DNA from: Macrostomum lignano
Lineage: Eukaryota
NCBI GenBank assembly: GCA_002269645.1
Contig: NIVC01001797.1
Location: 62,001-126,000 of the forward strand
DNA length: 64,000 nucleotides
Direction: 5' to 3'
The first letter of the stretch is position 1. The number at the start of each line of letters is the position of its first letter. The position numbers and the translations under genes were made by a program. Below the pieces are notes generated by a model. That model was given only the letters and a program-made list of their open reading frames with translations, had not been told where the DNA came from and did no database searches. Shown here in pieces: positions 21,601 through 35,054 of this stretch.

Positions 21601-24600
21601 AGGCTCTCATATTGTTTATCTACTTCTCTCCCCTATGCCCACTCCTCTCCAATCTACTTCTCTCCCCCGTGCCCTATCTACTTCTCTCCCCCGTGCCCTA
21701 TCTACTCGTACTCTCTCCCCGTGCCCTATCTACTTGTCTCCCCCGTGCCCTATCTACTCGTACTCTCTCCCCGTGCCTATCTACTTCTCTCCCCCGTGCC
21801 CTATCTACTTCTCTCCCTCGTGCCCTATCTACTTCTCTCCCCTTGCCCTATCTACTTATCTCCCCGTGCCCTATTTACTTCTCTCCCCCGTGCCTATCTA
21901 CTTCTCTCCCCGCGCCCTATCTACTTCTCTCCCCGTGCCCTATCTACTTCTCTCCCGTGCCCTATCTACTTCTCTCCCCGTGCCCTATATACTTCTCTCT
22001 CCAGTGCCCTATCTACTTATCTCCCCCGTGCCCTATCTACTTCTCTCCCCGTGCCCTATCTACTTCTCTCTCCCGTGCCCTATCTACTTCTCTCCCCGTG
22101 CCCTATCTACTTCTCTCTCCCGTGCCCTATCTACTTCTCTCCCCCGTGCCCTATCTACTTCTCTCCCCGTGCCCTATCTACTTATCTCCCCCGTTGCCCT
22201 ATCTACTTCTCTCCCCCGTGCCCTATCTACTCGTATTATCTCCCCGTGCCTATCTACTTCTCTCCCCCGTGCCTATCTACTTCTCTCCCCCGTGCCCTAT
22301 CTACTTATCTCCCCCGTGCCCTATCTACTTCTCTCCCCGTGCCCTATCTACTTATCTCCCCGTGCTCATCTACTTCTCTCCCCGTGCCCTATCTACTTCT
22401 CTCCCTCGTGCCTATCTACTTCTCTCCCCGTGCCCTATTTACTTCTCTCCCCGTGCCCTATCTACTTATCTCCCCCGTGCCCTATCTACTTCTCTCCCCG
22501 TGCCTATCTACTTCTCTCCCCGTGCCCTATCTACTTCTCTCCCCGTGCCCTATCTACTTCTCTCCCCCGTGCCTATCTACTTCTCTCCCCCGTGCCCTAT
22601 CTACTTCTCTCCCCCGTGCCCTATCTACTTCTCTCCCCGTGCCCTATCTACTTATCTCCCCCGTTGCCCTATCTACTTCTCTCCCCCGTGCCCTATCTAC
22701 TCGTATTATCTCCCCGTGCCTATCTACTTCTCTCCCCGTGCCTATCTACTTCTCTCCCCGTGCCCTATCTACTTATCTCCCCCGTGCCCTATCTACTTCT
22801 CTCCCGTGCCCTATCTACTTATCTCCCCCGTGCTCATCTACTTCTCTCCCCGTGCCCTATCTACTTCTCTCCCTCGTGCCCTATCTACTTCTCTCCCCGT
22901 GCCCTATTTACTTCTCTCCCCGTGCCCTATCTACTTCTCTCCCCGTGCCCTATCTACTTCTCTCCCCCGTGCCTATCTACTTCTCTCCCCCGTGCCCTAT
23001 CTACTTCTCTCCCCGTGCCCTATCTACTTCTCTCCCCCGTGCCTATCTACTTCTCTCCCCCGTGCCCTATCTACTCGTATTATCTCCCCGTGCCTATCTA
23101 CTTCTCTCCCCCGTGCCTATCTACTTCTCTCCCCCGTGCCCTATCTACTTATCTCCCCCGTGCCCTATCTACTTCTCTCCCCGTGCCCTATCTACTTATC
23201 TCCCCCGTGCTCATCTACTTCTCTCCCCGTGCCCTATCTACTTCTCTCCCTCGTGCCCTATCTACTTCTCTCCCCGTGCCCTATTTACTTCTCTCCCCGT
23301 GCCCTATCTACTTATCTCCCCCGTGCCCTATCTACTTCTCTCCCCCGTGCCTATCTACTTCTCTCCCCCGTGCCCTATCTACTTCTCTCCCCGTGCCCTA
23401 TCTACTTCTCTCCCCCGTGCCTATCTACTTCTCTCCCCCGTGCCCTATCTACTTCTCTCTCCCGTGCCCTATCTACTTCTCTCCCCCGTGCCCTATCTAC
23501 TTATCTCCCCCGTGCCCTATCTACTTCTCTCCCCGTGCCCTATCTACTTATCTCCCCCGTGCCCTATCTACTTGTCTCCCCCGTTGCCCTATTTACTTAT
23601 CTCCCCCGTGCCCTATCTACGTCTCTCCCCGTGCCCTATCTACTTCTCTCCCCGTGCCCTATCTACTTCTCTCCCCCGTGCCCTATCTACTTCTCTCTCC
23701 CGTGCCCTATCTACTTCTCTCCCCCGTGCCCTATCTACTTATCTCCCCCGTGCCCTATCTACTTATCTCCCCCGTGCCCTATCTACTTATCTCCCCCGTT
23801 GCCCTATCTACTTCTCTCCCCCGTGCCCTATCTACGTCTCTCCCCGTGCCCTATCTACTTATCTCCCCCGTGCCCTATTTACTTCTCTCCCCCGTGCCCA
23901 TTTATCCCCTGTCTACTTCGCTCCCGTGTGCCCACTTCTCTCCCAGACAGCCACCTAACTCTCCTTCTCAGTCCTTCAGTCGATATATTTTCTCTTATCT
24001 GTTTTTTACAAATATATATTTCTACAGCTACTCCTCATTTTTGCTCCCATACGATCTCGGTTGACCCAACAGATCCCAAAAATATCCCTTCACCCAGATG
24101 CGAATCCATTATTTAATTCCAATATTCTCTCGGTTTGGCCAATAAATTCCGCATTTCATTCCCTATTCTGCGAGCCCACGGCGGGTCATTGGAAAAAGGC
24201 CAGGCGAGGCGACCGAACCGCGGCTAGAAAATTGCGATTTTTTTTCTAAAAAAATCCTCCCACTTCCCAGATTCCGCTACAAATCCTCCATCCTGTCACT
24301 TTCTTCCCCCTTCCCGCCTTCCTCCGCGTCTGCCTCTCCGAAAGCCGAGCTGTCCCGGCTGTCGGTGTCATCAAGTGCGAACAATAATGACCCGGTCATG
24401 CCTCCCAGCAACCCGTGGAGCGCGTTTGCAGTTTTTTAACCTGAATGTGGGCGCGTAACGCGCAGAAACCACAGAGTGCTTAGGCTATTTCGACTACAAT
24501 GACTGAAGCGCCTTACCCATATGTCAATTTCCCTCTCCCCTGACAATTTTACTTGAGAGACTAGCTGAGGATATCCGGCAGTTGAGGTTTGCTCACTGTT

Positions 24601-25273
24601 GAGGATTGGTCAGCGAAGCTAGAGAAATTCGCAACAGCGTGTCCCCAACTGGTGCCACCTGTTGAAGGTCCAGAAGCTCCACGTGGCCTCCCTATTTCCT
24701 GGGAAGGTTGGCGACTTGATTCTTGTTTGAGAATTATGCAACAAAAAGTTCTTTGATCCTATTTGCTTTTTTTTCCCCTGGCCCTTTCTCTCGTGCAATT
24801 CAACCATAGCTAAAGCTCTCCCAATAAATCCCTTGAACTCGCCCATAGCGGACTCGATCGTGCAAGGCTCCTGGAATCTGCTCGAACTTTATGTGCGCCT
24901 CTTCGCCCTGGGCTCGGCCTGCGTCAACCCCTACCTGTACGGCTGGCTTAATGAGCAGGTGCGCTCGGGCCTCACCGCCTGCCTGCCCTGCTGCGCCGGG
25001 CCTCGCGGATTTGACGCCGAGGGCAGCGGCAGCCGCTACCGCGGCGAGTCACGCAGCGACTTCCGCAGCACCAGGCGGGGCTTCCTCGCCAGCAGCTGCC
25101 GGAGCGCCACCCGCCAGATGTCGCTGCAGCCGATGCGCCCGGCCAGCTCCGCCGCTGGCAGCGTCGTCGGCGGGAACGGCCACCGCGGCTCGTTGAACAC
25201 CGATTGCAGCCGGGCCGTCGGCAAACGGAAGAACCGACAGCCGGTGTCTGTTGTCATGGAAACGGCGGCGTGA
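18662..25273 (+). CDS. Class A neuropeptide GPCR, NPY/NPF-receptor family; exons 18662-18705, 19376-20361, 24849-25273; about 484 aa
   Basis: Seven TM segments; SNLLV, VTNLFVLGLSLSDIL, IAVDRH, C.EQWP, QFCTPL, RRKRRTNRIL, FWSPW, NPYLYGWLNE. Junction phases 2 and 1 are compatible. Exon 1 is less certain. Confidence 0.88.
19030..19357. repeat. 38-bp minisatellite with AATGATGCGGTCCAGT core
   Basis: Period 38 measured at 19081/19119; ends just before the GPCR exon-2 acceptor. Confidence 0.95.
20380..20836. repeat. 28-bp minisatellite ACTCGGACAGTGAGAGTCTGTG(G/A)(G/A)TT(G/T)T
   Basis: Begins immediately after the GPCR exon-2 donor. Confidence 0.95.
21530..23945. repeat. Pyrimidine-rich 22-24-bp minisatellite CCCCGTGCCCTATCTACTTCTCT
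   Basis: About 100 units; source of the three ~830-aa spurious ORFs. Confidence 0.97.
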
Positions 25274-25317
25274 ATTTTCAGCATTGATTTTCTAGTGGTT
25301 TCGCTTATAACAGCGAC

Positions 25318-27255
25318 CACAATGATGCGGTCCAGTTGTTTCAGATATGAGCACAATGATGCGGTCCAGTTGTTTCAGATATGAGCACAATGATGCGGTC
25401 CAGTTATTTTCAGATATGAGCACAATGATGCGGTCCAGTTATTTCAGATATGAGCACAATGATGCGGTCCAGTTATTTTCAGATATGAGCACAATGATGC
25501 GGTCCAGCTGTTTTCAGATATGAGCACAATGATGCGGTCCAGCTGTTTTCAGATATGAGCACAATGATGCGCTCCAGCTGTTTTCAGATATGAGCACAAT
25601 GATGCGGTCCAGTTATTTTCAGATATGAGCACAATGATGCGGTCCAGCTGTTTTCAGATATGAGCACAATGATGCGGTCCAGTTGTTTTCAGATATGAGC
25701 ACAATGATGCGGTCCAGTTGTTTTAGATAGTGAACACAATGATGCGGTCCAGTTGTTTTCAGATATGAGCACAATGATGCGGTCCAGTTATTTTCAGATA
25801 TGAGCACAATGATGCGGTCCAGCTGTTTTCAGATATGAGCACAATGATGCGGTCCAGCTGTTTTCAGATATGAGCACAATGATGCGGTCCAGCTGTTTTC
25901 AGATATGAGCACAATGATGCGGTCCAGCTGTTTTCAGATATGAGCACAATGATGCGGTCCAGCTGTTTTCAGATATGAGCACAATGATGCGGTCCAGTTG
26001 TTTTCAGATATGAGCACAATGATGCGGTCCAGTTGTTTTAGATAGTGAACACAATGATGCGGTCCAGCTGTTTTCAGATATGAGCACAATGATGCGGTCC
26101 AGTTGTTTTCAGATATGAGCACAATGATGCGGTCCAGTTGTTTTAGACAGTGAACACAATGATGCGGTCCGGTTGTTTTCAGATATGAACACAATGATGC
26201 GGTCCAGTTATTTTAGATAGTGAACACAACGATGCGGTCCAGCTGTTTTCAGATATGAGCACAATGATGCGATCCAGTTATTTTAGATAGTGAACACAAT
26301 GATGCGGTCCAGTTCTTTTAGATAGTGACCACAATGATACGATCCAGTTATTTTAGATAGTGACCACAATGATGCGATCCAGTTATTTTAGATAGTGACC
26401 ACAATGATGCGATCCAGTTATTTTAGATAGTGACCACAATGATGCGGTCCAGTTATTTTAGATAGTGAACACAATGATGCGGTCCAGTTATTTTAGATAG
26501 TGAACACAATGATGCGGTCCAGTTATTTTAGATAGTGAACACAATGATGCGGTCCAGTTTTTTTAGATAGTGAACACAATGATGCGGTCCAGTTATTTTA
26601 GATAGTGACCACAATGATGCGATCCAGTTATTTTAGATAGTGACCACAATGATGCGATCCAGTTATTTTAGATAGTGACCACAATGATGCGGTCCAGTTA
26701 TTTTAGATAGTGAACACAATGATGCGGTCCAGTTATTTTAGATAGTGAACACAATGATGCGGTCCAGTTATTTTAGATAGTGAACACAATGATGCGGTCC
26801 AGCTGTTTTCAGATATGAACACAATGATGCGGTCCAGTTATTTTAGATAGTGAACACAATGATGCGGTCCAGTTTTTTTAGATAGTGAACACAATGATGC
26901 GGTCCAGTTATTTTAGATAGTGACCACAATGATGCGATCCAGTTATTTTAGATAGTGACCACAATGATGCGATCCAGTTATTTTAGATAGTGACCACAAT
27001 GATGCGGTCCAGTTATTTTAGATAGTGAACACAATGATGCGGTCCAGTTATTTTAGATAGTGAACACAATGATGCGGTCCAGTTATTTTAGATAGTGAAC
27101 ACAATGATGCGGTCCAGCTGTTTTCAGATATGAACACAATGATGAGGTCCAGTTATTTTAGATAGTGAACACAATGATGCGGTCCAGCTGTTTTCAGATA
27201 TGAACACAATGATGCGGTCCAGTTATTTTAGATAGTGAACACAATGATGCGGTTC
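25318..27255. repeat. 35-bp minisatellite with ACAATGATGCGGTCCAG core; two subtypes
   Basis: Period 35 measured at 26471/26506; starts about 45 bp after the GPCR stop. Confidence 0.97.
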
Positions 27256-28214
27256 ATTTTTCCGAATTGTGTAACATTAGTGTGGTTTATGCTTGTGTGC
27301 ACTGCAATCAATATCCGTTTTAAAGTTTCACATTAATAATATTGTTTATTCGCTTTTACCAGTTGGGTTTTAAGAGACATTTTTTTAATTTTTCGATATT
27401 TCACTGCTTGTATTTTTGTCTCGCATTTTTTGTTAACATTCGCATCAGCGCTGTTTACTGAAACAATCACAGCTGTCCAAATGGCTCCCCTGTTGTTCTA
27501 GTCTGTCAATTTTTAGAAAATTAAAAATTGACAAAAATCAGTTTCAAATGTTGCTGTAATTCTAATTTTATTGATTTTTTAAATTTAATTTGCACCAGTT
27601 CACCGATTAGAAACACTACCTGCACAACAATGCTGTGCAAGATCTTTTTAAACGCCAGAAATCACTGTAAAAGATGCACGTTACAAGAAATACAAGAACA
27701 GTTCTGCAAAAAATGAAATCAGTTAAGCCGTAATGAATCACCATGCGCATAGGGGGGTAATGGGCTTTCCAAGAAACGTGTGACCCATTTAGAATTCGCT
27801 AATACGGGGCCTTGCCGTTCAAAGGCCTCTCTCCATGCGCTCTGATTAGAGAGGCTGATTCGATAAGGAAAAAATTGAGCTAAAATGGGAAAATGAAATG
27901 CGTTTTTGATGACAGCTTTCCTGTGTGCTTGACTGCAGCACCTTCCTAGCAATCTCCCCGCCCCTCAGCACCCAGGGAAGGGAGAGTTGCGGCAACTTTC
28001 GTGCAGATGTTAATCAACCTGCCGCCTATGAAGTAATAATAATATTAATTAATCCACTTTGGAATTTCAGCTCTTACAAAAAAATCTAATGGCTTTGAGG
28101 TTTACCAGTCTAGTGACTTGATTAGTTCATTTCATGGAGGAGGGCTTTTTATAAGTTTCCGAAGTTCCAAAGTCACGTGCATTTCTAAGAAAATAGAAAT
28201 AGAAATAGAAATAG

Positions 28215-28720
28215 ACTGCCTCTCCGCTCCCTCAGTCCCTGAGAATCTGCCTCTCCGCTCCCTCAGTGCTTGAGAATCTGCCTCTCCGCTCCCTCAGTGC
28301 TTGAGAATCTGCCTCTCCGCTCCCTCACTGCTTGAGAATCTGCCTCTCCGCTGCCTCATTGCTTGAGAATCTGCCTCTCCGCTGCCTCATTGCTTGAGAA
28401 TCTGCCTCTCCGCTCCCTCAGTCCCTGAGAATCTGCCTCTCCGCTGCCTCATTGCTTGAGAATCTGCCTCTCCGCTCCCTCAGTCCCTGAGAATCTGCCT
28501 CTCCGCTGCTTCATTGCTTGAGAATCTGCCTCTCCGCTCCATCAGTCCCTGAGAATCTGCCTCTCCGCTCCCTCACTGCTTGAGAATCTGCCTCTCCGCT
28601 CCATCACTGCTTGAGAATCTGCCTCTCCGCTCCCTCAGTGCTTGAGAATCTGCCTCTGCGCTCCCTCATTGCTTGAGAATCTGCCTCTCCGCTCCCTCAC
28701 TGCTTGAGAATCTGCCTCTC
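28215..28720. repeat. 31-bp minisatellite TGCTTGAGAATCTGCCTCTCCGCTCCCTCAG, block 1
   Basis: Period 31 measured at 28261/28292. Confidence 0.97.
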
Positions 28721-29078
28721 GAGAATTATAACAAGCAGGTAAATGCCTTTGTTGTGATTCTGATGAAATGTCAATTTCAATTGTATTTTAGAATGCCATC
28801 TAATTTGCAGACTGCCTGAAACAGACCTTTCGCCTCTCATATCCAATCTTTATTTACGTCAGAATTCTTTCAGCTTGTTAAAAAGCGACTAGGGGATTTT
28901 TCGGCAGAATGGGCGTCTCTGTATATCAGAGACAGCTGTTAATTGAATGCAGCTTTGCAGAGAATTAATTTGCATACCTAACGTATTGCCAAAGGGGGTT
29001 TCTCACCTGCTTCTACACTCTCAGCCCTCATGGCTCTCTCACCCTCAAGGATCTACGCTGTCTGTGCCTTGGGGCTGG

Positions 29079-31062
29079 CCCTGGCCCTACCCATCAGGCA
29101 ACATGTCCTACCCATCAGGCAAAATGTCCTACCCATCAGGCAAAATGTCCTACCCATCAGGCAAAATGTCCTACCCATCAGGCAAAATGTCCTACCCATC
29201 AGGCAAAGTGTCCTACCCATCAGGCAAAGTGTCCTACCCATCAGGCAAAATGTCCTACCCATCAGGCAAAGTGTCCTACCCATCAGGCAAAATGTCCTAC
29301 CCATCAGGCAAAATGTCCTACCCATCAGGCAAAATGTCCTACCCATCAGGCAAAGTGTCCTACCCATCAGGCAAAATGTCCTACCCATCAGGCAAAATGT
29401 CCTACCCATCAGGCAAAATGTCCTACCCATCAGGCAAAATGTCCTACCCATCAGGCAAAATGTCCTACTCATCAGGCAAAATGTCCTACCCATCAGGCAA
29501 CATGTCCTACCCATTAGGCAAAATGTCCTACCCATCAGGCAAAGTGTCCTACCCATCAGGCAAAATGTCCTACCCATCAGGCAAAGTGTCCTACCCATCA
29601 GGCAAAATGTCCTACCCATCAGGCAAAGTGTCCTACCCATCAGGCAAAGTGTCCTACCCATCAGGCAAAATGTCCTACCCATCAGGCAAAATGTCCTACC
29701 CATCAGGCAAAATGTCCTACCCATCAGGCAAAATGTCCTACCCATCAGGCAAAATGTCCTACCCATCAGGCAAAATGTCCTACCCATCAGGCAAAATGTC
29801 CTACCCATCAGGCAAAATGTCCTACCCATCAGGCAAAATGTCCTACCCATCAGGCAAAATGTCCTAAACATCAGGCAAAATGTCCTACCCATCAGGCAAA
29901 ATGTCCTAAACATCAGGCAAAATGTCCTACCCATCAGGCAAAATGTCCTACCCATCAGGCAAAATGTCCTACCCATCAGGCAAAATGTCCTACCCATCAG
30001 GCAAAATGTCCTACCCATCAGGCAAAATGTCCTACCCATCAGGCAAAATGTCCTAAACATCAGGCAAAATGTCCTAAACATCAGGCAAAATGTCCTAAAC
30101 ATCAGGCAAAATGTCCTAAACATCAGGCAAAATGTCCTACCCATCAGGCAAAGTGTCCTACCCATCAGGCAAAATGTCCTACCCATCAGGCAAAATGTCC
30201 TACCCATCAGGCAAAATGTCCTACCCATCAGGCAAAATGTCCTAAACATCAGGCAAAATGTCCTACCCATCAGGCAAAATGTCCTAAACATCAGGCAAAA
30301 TGTCCTAAACATCAGGCAAAATGTCCTACCCATCAGGCAAAATGTCCTACCCATCAGGCAAAATGTCCTACCCATCAGGCAACATGTCCTACCCATCAGG
30401 CAAAATGTCCTACCCATCAGGCAACATGTCCTACCCATCAGGCAAAATGTCCTACCCATCAGGCAACATGTCCTACCCATCAGGCAAAATGTCCTACCCA
30501 TCAGGCAACATGTCCTAAACATCAGGCAAAATGTCCTAAACATCAGGCAAAATGTCCTAAACATCAGGCAAAATGTCCTACCCATCAGGCAAAATGTCCT
30601 ACCCATCAGGCAAAATGTCCTAAACATCAGGCAAAATGTCCTAAACATCAGGCAAAATGTCCTACCCATCAGGCAAAATGTCCTACCCATCAGGCAAAAT
30701 GTCCTACCCATCAGGCAAAATGTCCTACCCATCAGGCAAAATGTCCTACCCATCAGGCAACATGTCCTACCCATCAGGCAAAATGTCCTACCCATCAGGC
30801 AAAATGTCCTACCCATCAGGCAAAATGTCCTACCCATCAGGCAAAATGTCCTACCCATCAGGCAAAATGTCCTACCCATCAGGCAAAATGTCCTACCCAT
30901 CAGGCAACATGTCCTACCCATCAGGCAACATGTCCTACCCATCAGGCAACATGTCCTACCCATCAGGCAACATGTCCTACCCATCAGGCAAAATGTCCTA
31001 CCCATCAGGCAAAATGTCCTACCCATCAGGCAAAATGTCCTACCCATCAGGCAACATGTCCC
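29079..31062. repeat. 21-bp minisatellite CCTACCCATCAGGCAAAATGT, about 94 units
   Basis: Directly visible; variants AAAAT/AAAGT/AACAT and CCC/AAC. Confidence 0.98.
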
Positions 31063-31883
31063 CTTGATCAACAGAGCAGCGAGTTTTCAGTCTCCTATCA
31101 TGTGCTCAATAACAAGCCTTAGTAAACAGGCAAGACGATTGTAATTAAAAGGCGCAAAAGCAAAGCAGAAGCCTTTTGCTTTGATTTCTGCTGCAAATGA
31201 TTTCTTTCTTCTGCTTCCTGAAGAAGTTTGCTGCTGTGCGGACGCATTAAACTGACCACTTCAACCAAGAAGAGAGGCATGAATGCTCCTTTTCTGCTTA
31301 ATTGATCAGATCTGGGCAGTCTGCTTGAGGTATCCAGCTCGCTTCGCTCCGTTCGCTTGGCCTGAGCTGTCGAGGACTTTGAGAGAAGCTGGTGCACTAG
31401 CTGACCTGGCTCAGACCCGCATGAGCTGATTGGGTGCAACTCTTCTTTTCATGCCCACTGCTCCTCTTGTGACAGCCCCATCTAGTCCTTACTGGCCTCA
31501 GCTGCTTTCACATCCAGGCACTCAAAAGCATTATCTGTGGCAGGTGTTTCAACACGAAATTTTCAGTACGCTGATTAGTGCTCTGCAGTTACTGCAGTTT
31601 CACTATCATGGGCTCAGGAAATCAGGCTCTGTTGCAGAAGACAGGAGGGTCATTGTGATTGAAGGGTGACTTGACTACTGAGCGTAAAAAATTGATTACG
31701 GGCTTGAATTTGGGCTTCTGTGACCTGTTGTCTCAGTGATAGACTGTCACGAGCAGTGCGTCATTCTAAAAGCGTAGTTAGGGTAAAAAAGACAACTGAA
31801 AAGACAAAGAAAGGCGAGAAAAATACAAAAAGGATGCAAATACAGACTCGAAAACAAACAATAGGAGAGAAAACTAACGCAGA

Positions 31884-32217
<334 letters not shown>

Positions 32218-32854
32218 TTTCCATTTCCATTTCGGCATTTCCAGCAGGAAGCACGCAATCCGAATTGATCCTTAGCTCTCACTCATTCCTTTCATAGTGC
32301 AGCCGCGGCCGTGAGCAAACAGGAGCATTAGACAGTAAATGGGGATTTATTTGACTTGCACCCGCTGGCAACTGGCGCCTTGCGGTGGCATGCTGGTATC
32401 CTGACACCATTGCGCATTCTTAAGTTCTTCAAATACATTTCTTGTTTGTTAATAGACGAGATTGGCATGTACAGTTTCAGCTTTGCTGCCTATATTTAGT
32501 GCCAATAGCTGACTATAAAGATTTGTGTCTCATTCGCTGCTCAGTGCTTTGAAACCGAGGTGAGTAAGGTGAGTTCATTAACCAATTCATCCGTTCTTCC
32601 GGAGCTGGTAAGGTGCAATGACGTTTTAGTATGCGGATCGCACTTTCATAAATTGGGAGCTTTCTAAACATAGAGTGGATACTTTATTAAAGATTTTCGG
32701 CATCTAAAATGGCTTCTTGGATTTCTGGGGAATTTTTCTTTTGAAATTGTAACACTTTTAAATAGGAAATTTCGTTCGAGGTGAGCAAACACCCACATTT
32801 GGCCCTGACATCTACAACCTCAGGTCAAGGAACCGCTTCAGAACCTCGAAATTT

Positions 32855-32953
32855 TACAAGCTCGAATCTTCACAAGCTCGAACCTTCACAAGCTCGAACC
32901 TTCACAAGCTCGAATCTTCACCAGCTCGAACCTTCACAAGCTCGAATCTTCAC
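32855..32953. repeat. 16-bp tandem AGCTCGAA(C/T)CTTCACA, about 6 copies
   Basis: Directly visible. Confidence 0.9.
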
Positions 32954-33188
32954 ATTGTTGAATAGTCTTGTTTCTCACATCCGCAAGGCGCTGAATTTCA
33001 GCATTAGCGATGTCTTAGACAGCTGTTTTTCCTCTGTGCGCCTTCGAGGCCTGTGATCTTGTCTTCCTTGTCTCGTCAGGAATTTTTCTGAGTAGCTCAC
33101 AATAACCCGCAGCTAACCTGTATAATTATGTGCTAGCGAGGGGGAACACGCGAGCTGGGCGGCTTCCTACAAGTTTTGTTGCCACACT

Positions 33189-34420
33189 TCCTCAGTGCTT
33201 GAGAATCTGCCTCTCCGCTCCCTCAGTCCTTGAGAATCTGCCTCTCCGCTCCCTCAGTCCTTGAGAATCTGCCTCTCCGCTCCCTCAGTCCTTGAGAATC
33301 TGCCTCTCCGCTCCCTCAGTCCCTGAGAATCTGCCTCTCCGCTCCCTCAGTCCTTGAGAATCTGCCTCTCCGCTCCCTCACTGCTTGAGAATCTGCCTCT
33401 CCGCTCCCTCACTGCTTGAGAATCTGCCTCTCCGCTCCCTCAGTGCTTGAGAATCTGCCTCTCCGCTCCCTCACTGCTTGAGAATCTGCCTCTCCGCTCC
33501 CTCAGTCCTTGAGAATCTGCCTCTCCGCTCCCTCAGTCCTTGAGAATCTGCCTCTCCGCTCCCTCAGTCCTTGAGAATCTGCCTCTCCGCTCCCTCACTG
33601 CTTGAGAATCTGCCTCTCCGCTCCCTCAGTGCTTGAGAATCTGCCTCTCCGCTCCCTCAGTGCTTGAGAATCTGCCTCTCCGCTGCCTCATTGCTTGAGA
33701 ATCTGCCTCCCCGCTCCCTCACTGCTTGAGAATCTGCCTCTCCGCTCCCTCAGTCCTTGAGAATCTGCCTCTCCGCTGCCTCAGTGCTTGAGAATCTGCC
33801 TCTCCGCTGCCTCATTGCTTGAGAATCTGCCTCTCCGCTCCCTCAGTGCTTGAGAATCTGCCTCTCCGCTGCCTCATTGCTTGAGAATCTGCCTCTCCGC
33901 TCCCTCAGTGCTTGAGGATCTGCCTCTCCGCTCCCTCACTGCTTGAGAATCTGCCTGTCCGCTCCATCAGTCCTTGAGGATCTGCCTCTCCGCTCCCTCA
34001 GTGCTTGAGAATCTGCCTGTCCGCTCCCTCAGTGCTTGAGAATCTGCCTCTCCGCTCCCTCAGTGCTTGAGAATCTGCCTCTCCGCTCCCTCAGTGCTTG
34101 AGAATCTGCCTCTCCGCTCCCTCAGTGCTTGAGAATCTGCCTCTCCGCTCCCTCAGTGCTTGAGAATCTGCCTCTCCGCTCCCTCAGTGCTTGAGAATCT
34201 GCCTCTCCGCTCCCTCTGTGCTTGAGAATCTGCCTCTCCGCTCCCTCAGTGCTTGAGAATCTGCCTCTCCGCTCCCTCAGTGCTTGAGAATCTGCCTCTC
34301 CGCTCCCTCAGTGCTTGAGAATCTGCCTCTCCGCTCCCTCAGTGCTTGAGAATCTGCCTCTCCGCTCCCTCAGTGCTTGAGAATCTGCCTCTCCGCTCCC
34401 TCAGTGCTTGAGAATCTGCC
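33189..34420. repeat. 31-bp minisatellite, block 2 (same unit and orientation as 28215-28720)
   Basis: Directly visible. Confidence 0.97.
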
Positions 34421-35054
34421 TTTCGGTCTCCTTTAGTCACTGAGAATATGCCCTTTCCTGTTCTTGTACAAATATTAGTTTTACCTTCGAACTGGATGAT
34501 TAGTGCAAAACTGCGCATAAGCTATTTATGCCATTGTGACTTTCTACCGGTAAGTTCGCCATGAAAAGATTTTATGCCTGGCCACTCAAGTTAAAAAGGA
34601 AGTCGGCTAGCAGACAGCTGTTCACTATGCTCTATGTAATCTGCTTGAAGTGCGGAATCTAATGGTCTTTTACGAAATGTGGCATTCAGAATATCACTAA
34701 GCTTACGAGCGTATTATGACTGCCATTGCTCTCTTGGCACTAAATAGATGCTTCTTTTGTAGAAAATTGAATTTCCTTTGGAAATCCATCCCGCGTGAAC
34801 TTTCGGTGTGGGGCAAGCGTGCGCTCTCCTGCTAATTAGCGGGTTGGCTCGCGGTCTGATTCATTATATAGCAGACGGTCGAATTCGGTTTAGGGATACC
34901 GCAGATTGCAGTGTAGGAAATGCGGGTTAGCTTTCCATTACATAGAGTACTTCTAGCCCCATGGCAGACGGGTTGTACTTCGCATGAACTGTATGAGTAT
35001 ACGATGCACACTGCGGGGAGGCCTTTTGTAACATTGCACTGATGACATCAGCTG

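Noticed and set aside
21523-24116. Three ~830-aa ORFs (PCPIYFS/RALSTSL/VPYLLLS)
   Set aside because: All three frames are open because the pyrimidine-rich unit lacks stops. The region is intronic to the GPCR and shows no codon constraint.
25318-27255. CRISPR-like or C/D-box snoRNA reading of the 35-38-bp arrays
   Set aside because: Inter-core sequences are repeated rather than unique, there are no cas genes and the context is eukaryotic. ATGATGC is not a full C box and CTGA is not shared across the arrays.
29053-31071. 672-aa CLMGRTF ORF on the minus strand and SYPSGKM ORFs
   Set aside because: Alternative frames of the 21-bp array with no unique domain.
32460-34760. Possible TIRs around the second 31-bp block (TATTTAGTGCCAA / TTGGCACTAAATA)
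   Set aside because: Only a 13-bp match, with non-collinear neighbouring similarity.
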